Shown here piece after piece: positions 10,542-21,714 of a stretch of 64,000 nt of DNA. The position numbers were made by a program, and so were the translations under genes. The notes beneath the pieces are model-generated. The model was not told the origin of the DNA. It ran no database searches and saw only the letters and a program-made list of their open reading frames with translations. The DNA lies in assembly GCA_000165345.1 (NCBI GenBank), contig CM000433.1, forward strand, positions 992,001 through 1,056,000. Direction: 5' to 3'. The stretch's first letter is position 1. Every line of letters begins with the position of its first letter.

Positions 10542-12974
10542 ATGAGCGCATCTGAAGTAAAGGATACTAGACTTTCTTTGATTACGGCTTTTCATGGAGC
10601 TTGGTTTTGTAAAGAAGCTACAATAACTAAAGTTGGAAGCCAGATAATCTCATTCTGCAAGGGGTATCGATCAATTGGTGAACGTAGAGTTCCTTTTAAC
10701 TTCACCTTGTCTCATAATACTTCAGGACTAATTCACGATATTGATGGCCCATTAGACGATAGGTCTGATCCTAGTACAACGGGATATCCTTTGCTAGAAT
10801 TCTATAAATCAAATTACTTTTTCTCATTATACGAGGATATTGACTACCAGACAAGACAAACCACTGGTGCAAGATTAGTAGTCTACTCGTTAAATGCATC
10901 ATCTTTAACACCTTTTAGTGCATCTTCTAACTTTGATACTTGTACAAATTTGCTCCATGATAAGATTCTAAAGGTTAATTCTGATGGTACCTTTGATGTT
11001 GGACTCACATGGAAAAATGCCTATTACATAGCAGAACCAAAAGTTAAGCGTCCAAAGTGGACAGATAAAATGAAAAATCCATTTTCTGAAAGACAATGGA
11101 GCGTCACTGATTATGGAAATCAGAATCTCTATGTACCTGACTGGGGAGAAAATCTTTCAGAATTTAAGAATCCGCGTGTATATGCTTGGAGCTTTGACAT
11201 GCCAAATTCGATTAATTCTGAACCATTTGAGCTTAATTTCAGTTTTCGTGAGACACATTCTGTCTTTTCATTAAGACTACTTCCAAACGAAATGGCTATG
11301 GTTGTTAATGCTTTTGAAAATGAGCCTTTGAAACTTGGTTACTCTTTTTGTTTTGGCCGTCCATCTAAGGCTATTCTATGTAATTTGGCTCCTTCAGAAC
11401 CTATTGGTTCATATAATCTTAAAACTATTTCAGAAATTATTCTTACTCCTCCTGATGAATTTGTTAGAGGAATACAAATTATTGTTACATCATGTTCTCC
11501 ACTAGTTTCTAAATGCACTTTATTATACTTTTCTATGCCTTCTAATCAGCTGAATGAACCTCACTGGTCCTCCTTACAACTTTGTGCTCAAGATCTTGTA
11601 TTGAATGGACTCTCTTGGTCTCCAGAAGGAGAAAGAAGAATTTGTGTGTCTACTCAAGCAGATCCTGCTCCAGCAAATGACCCTCTCAAATTTGAAGGTT
11701 TCTCTGGACTATTTGGTACATCTAACTACGCTCTTATTCCTTTAAATGGTTCAAACTGGGTATTCACTTCTACTTATGTTGGAAGTAAATTAGTACCTGT
11801 TGCAATTAATATTATTACAGGACAAGTTTGCAGAATTAAACTTGTCGTAAGTGATGAGTCATTGTATGAGGGTGATCTAGAAGTTTTTTCTGTAAGCTTT
11901 GGACCTAATGATTCTTCAGTTTATGCAACTCTTAATCTATCTTCACCTACTATGCCATCTTTGGTCATGATTGTACAAATGTGCCTAAATCCAGTACGTA
12001 ATATTATTCACGCTCAAATCGTCAAATCTGTGAGCTCTTTTGGAAAGAATTCTAATGCTTTTGCTTCATCTCTTGTAAAAAAAATTCCACAATCTCCATT
12101 GTTTAATAACACATTCAATCTTGCAAAAGTCTTGGACAATATTGAATTCTTCACTTTTAAGGACAAACATTTAGTTATTAGAAGTAAGGACCTATCTAAA
12201 TGTTCTCCTGACCTCAAAAAAAGTCCGCTTTTTCTATTTCTTCATGGAGGTCCACACTCAGTAACAACCACAAACTACAACTTTTTCCTTGTTTTCCTAG
12301 TAAGTATCGGATATACAGTACTTGCTCCAAATTATACTGGATCTATTGGTTTTGGAGACAATTATACCAAATCACTTATTGGACATTGTTTTGAAACAGA
12401 TGTTAATGAGATTATGTCTCTATCAGATAATATTAGAAGCGTTAAAGAACTGAATTTGGATCCAAACAAATGTTTTGCTTATGGTGGATCATATGGAGGA
12501 GCTTTAATTTTCTCATTAGTCACACATCATCCCAATTTTCTTACATGTGCTGTATCTAGTAATGGATTTACTAATGCGATATCTTTTATTGGAACTACTG
12601 ATATTCCAGATTACGTATTTTCTGAGTTTATTCCTGAGACTTCAGTACCAGATAAGAAAAGAATTACAATTCTTAGAGATACAGATACTTTAGTTAAGCT
12701 TCATACGAATTCGCCAATATCTATGGTAGATAAGGTTGTTACTCCATTATTAATAGCTGTTGGAGGTAAAGATAAAAGGGTACCAGCATCACAATCTATT
12801 GAATTTTATAAAGCTTTGAAGCAGCTTGGTAAGAGCGAGGTTAAAATGCTTTACTATCCTGACTCAGGCCACTCAATTAGTAGGTCAAAAGAACCATTAG
12901 ACTTATTCTTGAATTTAGCGAATTGGTTTGGTCTTCATTCTGGAATTCCTTTCGTTTTTACCGGAGATTTATAA
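10542..12974 (+). CDS. Prolyl-oligopeptidase family (S9) serine peptidase, acylaminoacyl-peptidase-like
   Basis: The C-terminal alpha/beta hydrolase region carries a GGSYGG (GxSxG) nucleophile elbow. A downstream Asp lies in VGGKDKRVP and a His in PDSGHSI, giving the Ser-Asp-His order of the S9 family. A long N-terminal region is consistent with a beta-propeller. Confidence 0.75.
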   Translation: MSASEVKDTRLSLITAFHGAWFCKEATITKVGSQIISFCKGYRSIGERRVPFNFTLSHNTSGLIHDIDGPLDDRSDPSTTGYPLLEFYKSNYFFSLYEDIDYQTRQTTGARLVVYSLNASSLTPFSASSNFDTCTNLLHDKILKVNSDGTFDVGLTWKNAYYIAEPKVKRPKWTDKMKNPFSERQWSVTDYGNQNLYVPDWGENLSEFKNPRVYAWSFDMPNSINSEPFELNFSFRETHSVFSLRLLPNEMAMVVNAFENEPLKLGYSFCFGRPSKAILCNLAPSEPIGSYNLKTISEIILTPPDEFVRGIQIIVTSCSPLVSKCTLLYFSMPSNQLNEPHWSSLQLCAQDLVLNGLSWSPEGERRICVSTQADPAPANDPLKFEGFSGLFGTSNYALIPLNGSNWVFTSTYVGSKLVPVAINIITGQVCRIKLVVSDESLYEGDLEVFSVSFGPNDSSVYATLNLSSPTMPSLVMIVQMCLNPVRNIIHAQIVKSVSSFGKNSNAFASSLVKKIPQSPLFNNTFNLAKVLDNIEFFTFKDKHLVIRSKDLSKCSPDLKKSPLFLFLHGGPHSVTTTNYNFFLVFLVSIGYTVLAPNYTGSIGFGDNYTKSLIGHCFETDVNEIMSLSDNIRSVKELNLDPNKCFAYGGSYGGALIFSLVTHHPNFLTCAVSSNGFTNAISFIGTTDIPDYVFSEFIPETSVPDKKRITILRDTDTLVKLHTNSPISMVDKVVTPLLIAVGGKDKRVPASQSIEFYKALKQLGKSEVKMLYYPDSGHSISRSKEPLDLFLNLANWFGLHSGIPFVFTGDL

Positions 12975-13315
12975 AAATACAAGATTTTTAAATATACTGG
13001 AATGTTTTTTTCAGAACGAATTTACTTTTGGAGTGTAAAAATGCAAGAGAATTCAAACCCGAGATTTATACTTAAATAATTAGAATGATCTAATAAAAAT
13101 AAGTTGACTTTATATTAAACAAATATTTCTATTGAGTAAAAAAGAAATCTAAAGTATTTCAGGTGTTTTTTTAAAATAATTATATACTTTATAATTCCAT
13201 CTTGAAGGTATTTGTTCTAAATAAGGCTATAATTTAGAGTGATTGAATGATAAACATTGGCATTAACAAAAATCCAAATGCATTTTCTTTTTTTTCCTAT
13301 TTTAACATTGAGCGA

Positions 13316-13801
13316 TTAAAACAAAGGAAAACAATGAATTTCTGAAAATTCATCTCCAACTTGCCAAAGGTAATTAAAATAATTGTTAATAATGTGGTTA
13401 TTGTTATATTTGTTTTGACTGAAATTAGAGAGTGTCTTATTATTAATGTTGTTTGTTTTGGAACTTGTTTTTGGATATTTTTTTTTCTTAATTCTTTGTT
13501 GAAAGATTTCAGTCATTGAAGGATATACTGGATCGAAGATTTCAAAATGTTCTTGGTCAATGACATATAAACTACTTTGAAGAGGATCTAGGACTTTTTT
13601 AATCTTTTTTGTATTGTTTTGATAGTTTGATTTTTTTTTTGTTGTTTTCAATTCTTGTTCAAAGTGATTAGAGTCACTATTTATTGTTGAGATTGTATTA
13701 TTAAAGTCATTTGATTTAATGTCAAATAACTTTACCATTTCTTTAACAGAATGATTAGGCTTTGGATAGTTAAGAGTACCTTCGAATTGCATGTTGAACA
13801 T
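13316..13801 (-). CDS. Hypothetical small N/K-rich protein (161 aa)
   Basis: ORF only, in an otherwise gene-free 2.1 kb interval. Low complexity. Confidence 0.3.
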   Translation of the reverse strand: MFNMQFEGTLNYPKPNHSVKEMVKLFDIKSNDFNNTISTINSDSNHFEQELKTTKKKSNYQNNTKKIKKVLDPLQSSLYVIDQEHFEIFDPVYPSMTEIFQQRIKKKKYPKTSSKTNNINNKTLSNFSQNKYNNNHIINNYFNYLWQVGDEFSEIHCFPLF

Positions 13802-14544
13802 TTAAACTTTAAGAATATTTATTATATTTTTTTTCTTCTCTTTAAATTGATACAAAAGTCAATAAAGTGATAAAATGGAAGAATATATCAAGAATGGAAA
13901 TATCGTAATTTTAAGAAGCGCATAAAAGTCATTATTTGAATACATTTTTTTTGCATTTCATGAATTTTTAACAATTTTCCCTCAATAACAATTTGAGTAT
14001 ATGCAGTTGATTAATTTTCGATTACGAAAAAATACGAGTTAATAAACGGAGGGAAAAGAAAAGTAAAAATGGGAATAATTGAAAATTTGTCCCACAAAGT
14101 TTAACATGTACGAATAATCCACATGAAAATTACTTAATAAATTATATGAATTAAAAACTTTTAGTAGAAATAAAATTTATTATAAAAGTTGAAAATGTGT
14201 TTAATAAATATTATAGAAAGAATTAACAAGATTTCTTGAGAAGCTTTAATAAGAAGTGAAATAGGGAATTATGTTTTAGGGGGTTTGATATATTTATTTA
14301 TTTTAATGATAAGATTTAGTAGAAAAATGAGAAAAAAAAAATCAAATATGTAGAAGCAACAATTATTAATATTTGGATGAGGTGATGATTGGGGGAAAAA
14401 AATCATCTAATTTACAAACTCATATTGATGAATCTTTTAATTAATCATTATTAGTATTTTTTAGAAGTGCATTTATTAAATTATTTGCATACGTGTATTA
14501 GCGTTATTAAGTACCGGCAAGTGGGGCTTCCACATAAGTGCATG

Positions 14545-14558
14545 TTTTGGGCGCCAAA
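14545..14558. promoter_or_regulatory. TTTTGGGCGCCAAA motif flanked by TGCATGT elements upstream of the kinase-like gene
   Basis: About 580 bp upstream of the ATG. Confidence 0.35.
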
Positions 14559-15133
14559 TGCATGTAAGTACATTTTGACGGTGCAATAGAAAATAGAATC
14601 AAAATAGGTTCCACTCAAATTCGAGATTTTTTTTAATTTATAAACAAAGGTGGGAAATAAAAGAAGTCATGTATAAGGTTATATATATTTACAGGTGAAA
14701 TATAATAAATTATTAATACATTAGGTAATGCTAGAAAAAAGTATTAAAAAATTGTAAAATGCCAAAAAAAATTGGTGGAGAGACTGAAATATTAAGGCTA
14801 AAAGAAAGGAGAGTAATATAAATAATAAATAAAAAAGATTAAAAACAATAATAGAAGTAATAATAATATTTGAAGAAAAAATTTGGTTGAGGAATATAAT
14901 TAAAAGAAAGAAAGTGATTGGAAGGAGATAATCTCTAATTAATTTTGGAGATTATTATTTTAATTATTACTATTGTTATTTATTTTCTTCCAAGCTTGTT
15001 AACAAAAAAAGTTAATATTAAATTGGAATGGAAATTAGGATTAATAAAATATTAGAACAGAGAAGAAAGAATAATGTAATAATAGGAAATAAAAGTAAGA
15101 AAGTTTTATCAATTACTAGAAAGGATTAAAAGA

Positions 15134-17524
15134 ATGAAAAACTTTTCGAAAGAAGAGACACGAAAACCTTTTACAAATAGACAAGTTATTGATATTAAGT
15201 CGAGGCATGATCAGAGTGGAAGACATTTAAAGACAAATGGAGAATTTGGATATGAAAGTGGGATTTGGTCAAAATTTGTTGGATTAATGAAGAACTCACT
15301 AAATATTTCAATTTTAAACAGACCTTCAAATCAATTGAATAAAGTTATGGATAATACGAGTTCAAAAAACCATTTGAAAGAAATAATAATGAAGAAGAGT
15401 ACGGAGAAATTTAACGATAAATCAGCAAAGTTAGGAATTGGATTAAGAGAACAGAAAGAAGTTAATATTGGGATTAAATCAAAGGGGGAAAAGAGCCCAG
15501 TTTCGCCAAAAAGTACAAAGATATCACCCAGTTTATCTCCCGTTGTTTCTTTCCCCTACTCAACTTCTTCTCCATCATCTTCTTCTTCCTCATCATTTTC
15601 ATCTCCTTCAAGTTTGAATGAAAATATTGGAATTTCTTTTGCAGAACAAATATTGAATTTTAATTCAAGTGAATATTCCAAGGTTATTAATGGTCAAGCT
15701 CCTGTTACTCCAACAACATTAGATGGAAGTTCAACAACAACGTCTCCAACATTTACAAATTTACGTTTTTCAAGTCCTTCAAATAATAATGGATCTGCAA
15801 AATATAATGAAACTCCAAATAGTAAGGAATTTGATTCTTCAACTTTAAAAGAAGAATATTTTTCAAATAAAAAGAATCATGCAGTGGATTTTTCTGCAGA
15901 TGATAATCATCTAAATTACATAATGGAAAGAATAAATCAAAGTGGCTTAGTAGAATCCAATGATAAGTCTGTTGCAAAATTAGATATTCCTTTATTAAAT
16001 CAATATATCTCACAAGACTTAATTGCAGAAGTAGGCAGTTGCTTGGAAGAAAATAATAAAAGGATATCAAGTAACAAATATACTTTATTAGGTAGAGGAT
16101 TGAGTAATTTACCAAAACATTCATCCACAGTATCTTATTCTCCATCTTCTTTATCATCAGGAAAAAACGACAAAGTTTGTTATACCTGGAAAGAGGCAAA
16201 ACAACTCATAAGTAAATTAAAGAGTTCAACAAAACTGTATAAATTTAATGGGGTCCCATTTTCTGATTGGGCTCACGAGAAAATACCAACTTTGGGTGCT
16301 TCCCCAACAAGTTGTAGGGTTCAGGAAATGTTCAAATCTAGAATTTATTTGGAAAAAAATAATGAAGTTTATGCTACTTTATTTATAAAAAAGATACCAA
16401 GAAATATTTGGTCTAAACAATGGGAAATGCATGAGATTTGGGATGGTGATTATGTTACTGATGGGGAAGACTTTGTGATGGAGGCTGCAGCTCTAGCTTT
16501 TCTGCAAAATCATAGTGTTGGAATTGCTCCAAGACTATATGCTATTCTGGAACATTGTGAAGATAATTGTAATGATATTAATAGTAATAAAGAAAGTAAA
16601 ATTCAATACAGAAATATCGCAAATAGAAATGCTTGCGATTATTTACTATCTAAAGATACTACACATATAATATTAGTTTCAGAACATTATGGTGAAGACT
16701 TATTGGATTATTTGGATAAATGTGAAAAAAAAAATAGAAATCTAACAGATAAAGAGAAAAAGGAATTACAATATAAATTGGCATTAGCATTAAATAATCT
16801 TCATTCAAAAGGATTATGCCACCTTGATTTCACTCCTGAAAATATTTTAATTGGCCCAAATGGTATCAATATTTGTGATTTTGCAAAATCTACTCCAATT
16901 ATTACCAAAAATCCTAGACATACTCATTATTCAAGAAAAAGTCCAAAAAATCATTTATCTGAAAATTTTAATTCTAATAATACTAGCTTTAACTTTATCA
17001 ATCCGCCTCCTGAAGCTTATTGTGAGTTTGAAAGTTGTGAACCGACTGTTGGAAAAGGAGCTTATATGCCACCAGAATGTTGGAAGATCTTTTGGAGATT
17101 AGAGGAAAATAAAATTCAATTTCCACTTGAAGAATTAATGGATATTGATACATATAATAGAAGAAGCAATTATTCATATTTTAATGAATTCTCCAGAATT
17201 CATAATAAAAGTCCAATTAAATGCCAAGATAGATCTATGTTTTATTTTAATACAAGGATTGCTGATATATATATGCTTGGTATTATAATGTTTTGGATCT
17301 GGTCAGATGGTGGAATTTGGAAATATTCCGATACCAGACAAGATCATAGGTATCAGAATTTGGTATTTTCTGATATTAATTTTGATGTATTTCGTGAATG
17401 CAGAGGTTGGAACAAACAATTAAAATCATTATTAAAAAAAATGTTGGAGCCTGATCCAAATAAAAGGATCACAATGAGCGAAATTTTATCCGATCCATGG
17501 TGGAAATGCCCCTTAGATGAGTAG
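15134..17524 (+). CDS. Protein kinase-like protein, probable pseudokinase, with a Ser-rich N-terminal region
   Basis: The C-terminal ~400 aa show kinase-fold landmarks: LGRGLSN (Gly-loop-like), ATLFIKK (beta3 Lys), CHLDFTPENILI in place of HRDLKPEN, DFA in place of DFG, and PPE in place of APE. Confidence 0.65.
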   Translation: MKNFSKEETRKPFTNRQVIDIKSRHDQSGRHLKTNGEFGYESGIWSKFVGLMKNSLNISILNRPSNQLNKVMDNTSSKNHLKEIIMKKSTEKFNDKSAKLGIGLREQKEVNIGIKSKGEKSPVSPKSTKISPSLSPVVSFPYSTSSPSSSSSSSFSSPSSLNENIGISFAEQILNFNSSEYSKVINGQAPVTPTTLDGSSTTTSPTFTNLRFSSPSNNNGSAKYNETPNSKEFDSSTLKEEYFSNKKNHAVDFSADDNHLNYIMERINQSGLVESNDKSVAKLDIPLLNQYISQDLIAEVGSCLEENNKRISSNKYTLLGRGLSNLPKHSSTVSYSPSSLSSGKNDKVCYTWKEAKQLISKLKSSTKLYKFNGVPFSDWAHEKIPTLGASPTSCRVQEMFKSRIYLEKNNEVYATLFIKKIPRNIWSKQWEMHEIWDGDYVTDGEDFVMEAAALAFLQNHSVGIAPRLYAILEHCEDNCNDINSNKESKIQYRNIANRNACDYLLSKDTTHIILVSEHYGEDLLDYLDKCEKKNRNLTDKEKKELQYKLALALNNLHSKGLCHLDFTPENILIGPNGINICDFAKSTPIITKNPRHTHYSRKSPKNHLSENFNSNNTSFNFINPPPEAYCEFESCEPTVGKGAYMPPECWKIFWRLEENKIQFPLEELMDIDTYNRRSNYSYFNEFSRIHNKSPIKCQDRSMFYFNTRIADIYMLGIIMFWIWSDGGIWKYSDTRQDHRYQNLVFSDINFDVFRECRGWNKQLKSLLKKMLEPDPNKRITMSEILSDPWWKCPLDE

Positions 17525-18187
17525 AAATAATCACTCACAATTATCATCAAATTTTGTGTTTTGGTCATCTATTAATTATTTCTAAATTAATTTTAATGGG
17601 TAACTAAATGTAAAAATAAGACTAATCTAATGCAGCCAATCAAGAAATATTCATTCGTGCTTAAATTTTATATTGGTCAATCTTAAAAATGTGATAATTT
17701 TACTATTGTTAATGAAATATTAATTTATAATTATAGAGATTTTCATTATGGCTTTATATACTAATGCTTCAAGTAAGATATTAATTATGTAAATGCATGT
17801 AGAGCAGCAATTCATATGGAAATTTCATGTTTTATTGAAAATAATGTTTTTGAGAAAAAGTATTAATGCAGTTTTAAGCTTCTTCATAATGGCTATGGTT
17901 AGAAATTATTTTATTATTCAAATTAGAGATGGCGGGTTCATTATAAATAATACCGGGTACCTAATATTCTGAATCATTTTAATAAATATAACTAATGCTT
18001 TCCTTTTTATAAAAAAAAGAAGAGAAAGAATTTAATATTAAGTAAAATAATTTAAAAGTACAATATAAATAAAAAAGTTGAATTTGAATTTGACTTGAAA
18101 TAAATAAAAGTAAGAGCTTAGAGGATCATTTGGAAAAGTGCATTGATTTTTAAGAGAATTACTAATAGACTGGGTAATAAGTAAATA

Positions 18188-20038
18188 ATGGAAAATCCAC
18201 AAAATATTGTCAAACATGCATTCAATGAAGCTATTAAGAACTTGTTTCCAGAGTTTGATAAAGAAGCAATAATTGCAATATCAAATCCAAACTTTGGAGA
18301 TTATCAGTGTAATAGTTGTATGACCATTTTCTCGCAATTTAAAGGTAAATTAGAAGGAATAAAAAGCCCACGAGACATTGGAATGAAGATTAAAGATTAT
18401 ATTGAGAAAAATGGTGATTTGTCAATAAATTTTAAATCCATAGAAGTTGCACCACAAGGATTTATTACAATAAAGTTATCAGATGAATTTATTCAAAATA
18501 ATTTATCTAAATTACAAGAAATGGATGAGGTAAAAGTAACTCCAACAATGAAATTCCACTGCAAAAGTGGAAGAAAAACTCCAAAAGTAATTGTAGATTT
18601 CTCATCACCAAACATTGCCAAAGAAATGCATGTTGGACACTTAAGATCTACAATTATTGGTGATACAACATGTAGAATTCTTGAATATTTAGGATTTGAA
18701 GTATTAAGAGTTAATCACGTTGGAGATTGGGGTACTCAATTTGGCATGCTTATTGAATATTTAAAGGAAGAATATCCCACTTTTGTTGAGAATTTACCAG
18801 AAATATCAGATTTACAAGAATTCTATAAGAACTCAAAGAAAAGGTTTGATACTGATCCACAATTTAAGTTAAGGAGCCAACAGAATGTTGTTATGTTACA
18901 AGGGGGTGATCAAGATGCTTTGACTGCTTGGAAAAAGATTTGTGAGGTTAGCCGAGTTGAATTTCAGAAAATTTACGATCGACTTGGAATTCGTCTTGAG
19001 GAATTTGGTGAAAGTTATTATAATGATATGATCCCTGGGGTTGTTAAAATGTTGGATGAAAAGGGTATTCTTAAGCTTGATAATGGAGCTCAGTGTGTTT
19101 ATACTAAAATTAATGAAATACCTTTAATGGCTGTTAAAAGTGATGGAGGATATGGATATGATTCAACAGATTTAGCTGCAATTCACCATAGATTAATCAC
19201 TTTAGATGCTGATTGGGTTATCTACACTACTGATATGGGCCAAGAAGAACATTTTATGAAACTTTTCGACGTTGCTGAAACTATGGGATGGCATGATCCT
19301 TCTAATACAAGACTATTTTTCATTGGATTTGGAGTTATTCAAGGAGAAGATGGAAAAAAGTTTAAAACAAGAAGTGGTGATGTTGTCAAATTAACTGAAC
19401 TTATTGACGAAGGTGTTGCTAGAGCAAAGAAAGAATTAGTTGACAGAAGAAATCAAAGAAGATCTGATCAAACAAATAAATCAAATACAGATGTTGAAGT
19501 TGATCATCCAAATATTGATGATTCTGACTTGGATTTAATGGCAAATACTATTGGTCATGCAGCTATTAAGTACTTTGATTTGAAGCAAAATAGACTTACT
19601 AATTACAGATTTTCATTTGATCGAATGTTGGATCCAAAAGGTAATACTGCAGTTTATTTACTATATGCATATGCAAGAATTTGTGCAATCTTTAGAAAAG
19701 TTGAATTCATTCAATCTGATAATAGTATGGTAATTAAACAGAAAGTTTCAAACTTTAAGCTTAAGATTTCTAATAATGTTGAACGAAAATTGTCTATTCA
19801 GTTACTCAGATTCCCTGAAGTTTTTGATGGAATTTTGAATGATTTCTTCCCCAATAGACTTGCTGATTATTGTTATGAATTATCCGAGTGTTTTGCACAA
19901 TTTTATACTGAATGCAGAATTATTGGATTAGAAGAACAGCAACTTGAACAAAGTAGGCTTTTACTTTGTTTCTTAACAAAACAAATTCTTTTAAAAGGAC
20001 TTGATTTATTGGGAGTTGAAACTTTGGAGAAGATTTAA
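18188..20038 (+). CDS. RARS: Arginyl-tRNA synthetase (class I)
   Basis: N-terminal Arg-tRNA-synthetase-like region, then PNIAKEMHVGHLRSTIIGD (HIGH-type motif). Catalytic core and a C-terminal DALR-like anticodon-binding region are present. Complete 616 aa ORF. Confidence 0.9.
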   Translation: MENPQNIVKHAFNEAIKNLFPEFDKEAIIAISNPNFGDYQCNSCMTIFSQFKGKLEGIKSPRDIGMKIKDYIEKNGDLSINFKSIEVAPQGFITIKLSDEFIQNNLSKLQEMDEVKVTPTMKFHCKSGRKTPKVIVDFSSPNIAKEMHVGHLRSTIIGDTTCRILEYLGFEVLRVNHVGDWGTQFGMLIEYLKEEYPTFVENLPEISDLQEFYKNSKKRFDTDPQFKLRSQQNVVMLQGGDQDALTAWKKICEVSRVEFQKIYDRLGIRLEEFGESYYNDMIPGVVKMLDEKGILKLDNGAQCVYTKINEIPLMAVKSDGGYGYDSTDLAAIHHRLITLDADWVIYTTDMGQEEHFMKLFDVAETMGWHDPSNTRLFFIGFGVIQGEDGKKFKTRSGDVVKLTELIDEGVARAKKELVDRRNQRRSDQTNKSNTDVEVDHPNIDDSDLDLMANTIGHAAIKYFDLKQNRLTNYRFSFDRMLDPKGNTAVYLLYAYARICAIFRKVEFIQSDNSMVIKQKVSNFKLKISNNVERKLSIQLLRFPEVFDGILNDFFPNRLADYCYELSECFAQFYTECRIIGLEEQQLEQSRLLLCFLTKQILLKGLDLLGVETLEKI

Positions 20039-20276
20039 AAAAAAAGAGGAAAGAAAAACAATGAAATAATTTAATCCAATTTAAACTGCTAGTGAATTTA
20101 TTACACAGCAATTCAACTCTTTTTTAATATCAAATAAGATAATTATAACTAAATTGGAAAATTTTATCTTAATTGTAAATATTTCAAAGTCTAAGGTTAT
20201 ATATTCGTACAAACAAGTAATCGCATTAAACATATATAAAATTAGGTATCTTTATTTCAAAACCCAACCAAACTTT

Positions 20277-21236
20277 TTAATCAGAATCTGAAAAGATAAC
20301 ATGACTATTTGATGGCTTAATCTTTGTCTTTGTTTCTGATTCAGATATTGGGTAGTTGTTAGAGTTTGATTTGTCTTTGTATTTATCTTTGTATTTATCT
20401 TTGTCTTTCTTAACATTTATCTTATTAGAGCTTTTCTTTGTATTACTACTGTTTCTTGTTTGATTGCCTCCAATCATATATTCAATCTTTTTTATTGGTC
20501 TTTTTAAAGTATCATGTTCCTTATTCAGATTCTGATCGCATTCTAAATCATCACTATCATCCTGAGCAAGAAATGAATCTTTCAATGACAAATTATTAAT
20601 TTCTGAAGTCTTAATCTTCTTTCTTCTAAGCTCTTCCTTAAGTTCTTGAACATCATTAATATATTCTTCTCTTCTTTTAATCATCTCAGAATCTAATTCT
20701 GTATTTGAAAATAAAGGAATATATTTCCTTTCTTTAAAAAATGGAAGTAATCTTATGTAATCTTCATATCTTTTATAAACTAATATTTTTGATTTAATTT
20801 TCAAAATTTTATCTCTAACTGTATCATTTTCTGAAAAACTTAAATCCAAACATTCTTTAGGATTTCCCTCTGCATTATCAATATCACTATTATTTTCATC
20901 TTGTTGTATTTCTTCTTCAATTTCATTATTTCTTAATATTTCTACCAAGTCCTTTTGGAGTTGATTAATTTTCCTTTTAACTTTAACAAGTTCAACAAAT
21001 CTCATAGTCTTTTGCTTATTCTTCTTATATTGAAGATATTTATTAAGCTTCTTCTTATATGAGCTATTATTCTTGGAGATTGTATCTTTTAAAACTTTTG
21101 CTTCCTCTTCTAATTCAATCTTCTTTTCTTCAGAAATTTGAAATTTCTTATTTTCCAATAATCTTTTAATATCTCTGATTCTTTGACCTGCACTTCTGGC
21201 CTTTTTAGCTTTATTTTCTTTATTAGATTCACTCAT
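20277..21236 (-). CDS. K/E-rich coiled-coil protein, rRNA-processing Efg1-like
   Basis: N-terminus KAKKARSAGQRIRDIKRLLENKK...KKIELEEEAKVLKD followed by KTMRFVELVKVKRKINQLQK resembles Efg1 family conserved blocks (RIRDLERLL ... KKYHMVRFFERQKA). Confidence 0.5.
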   Translation of the reverse strand: MSESNKENKAKKARSAGQRIRDIKRLLENKKFQISEEKKIELEEEAKVLKDTISKNNSSYKKKLNKYLQYKKNKQKTMRFVELVKVKRKINQLQKDLVEILRNNEIEEEIQQDENNSDIDNAEGNPKECLDLSFSENDTVRDKILKIKSKILVYKRYEDYIRLLPFFKERKYIPLFSNTELDSEMIKRREEYINDVQELKEELRRKKIKTSEINNLSLKDSFLAQDDSDDLECDQNLNKEHDTLKRPIKKIEYMIGGNQTRNSSNTKKSSNKINVKKDKDKYKDKYKDKSNSNNYPISESETKTKIKPSNSHVIFSDSD

Positions 21237-21615
21237 TTTTTTTTTTGTAATTCTTATGAATTTTATAGAATTTCACTCTGTTAATAAATCTCAAAAAGAT
21301 ATTTTTATTATTTAGAAAAACATAAAATAAATTTATCCTATATTCCACTTGGTTTATTATTCAAGCTTAAAGTAACCTCTAATAAGCCAATTATATTGTA
21401 TTGTATTATCTTTTATATAGGTAATGTGAAAGATTAATAATATTGACTTTTTTGAAATAAAATTAAAATATATATTTCCAAGTTAAACTCCAGCTACCAA
21501 GTCCTCCAACTTCTAATCTTCTAAAAGTTTCTCTCTCAAAATTTGAAAATCTTTTTTTTCTTTTCTTCCTTTTTAGTTTATTTTTGACATTTTAATTATA
21601 AATAATTTCCCAGAA

Positions 21616-21626
21616 GCCCGCCCAAA
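21616..21626. promoter_or_regulatory. GCCCGCCCAAA E2F-like motif in the divergent Efg1-like / Trm11 promoter
   Basis: About 90 bp upstream of the Trm11 ATG. Confidence 0.35.
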
Positions 21627-21714
21627 CTGAAAAATGCTATACCGGTGACAACTAATAATTTTTTTTTTGTGGAAAACAGATCAAAATTGACCAAAAATTT
21701 AGGAAAAATAAAAT

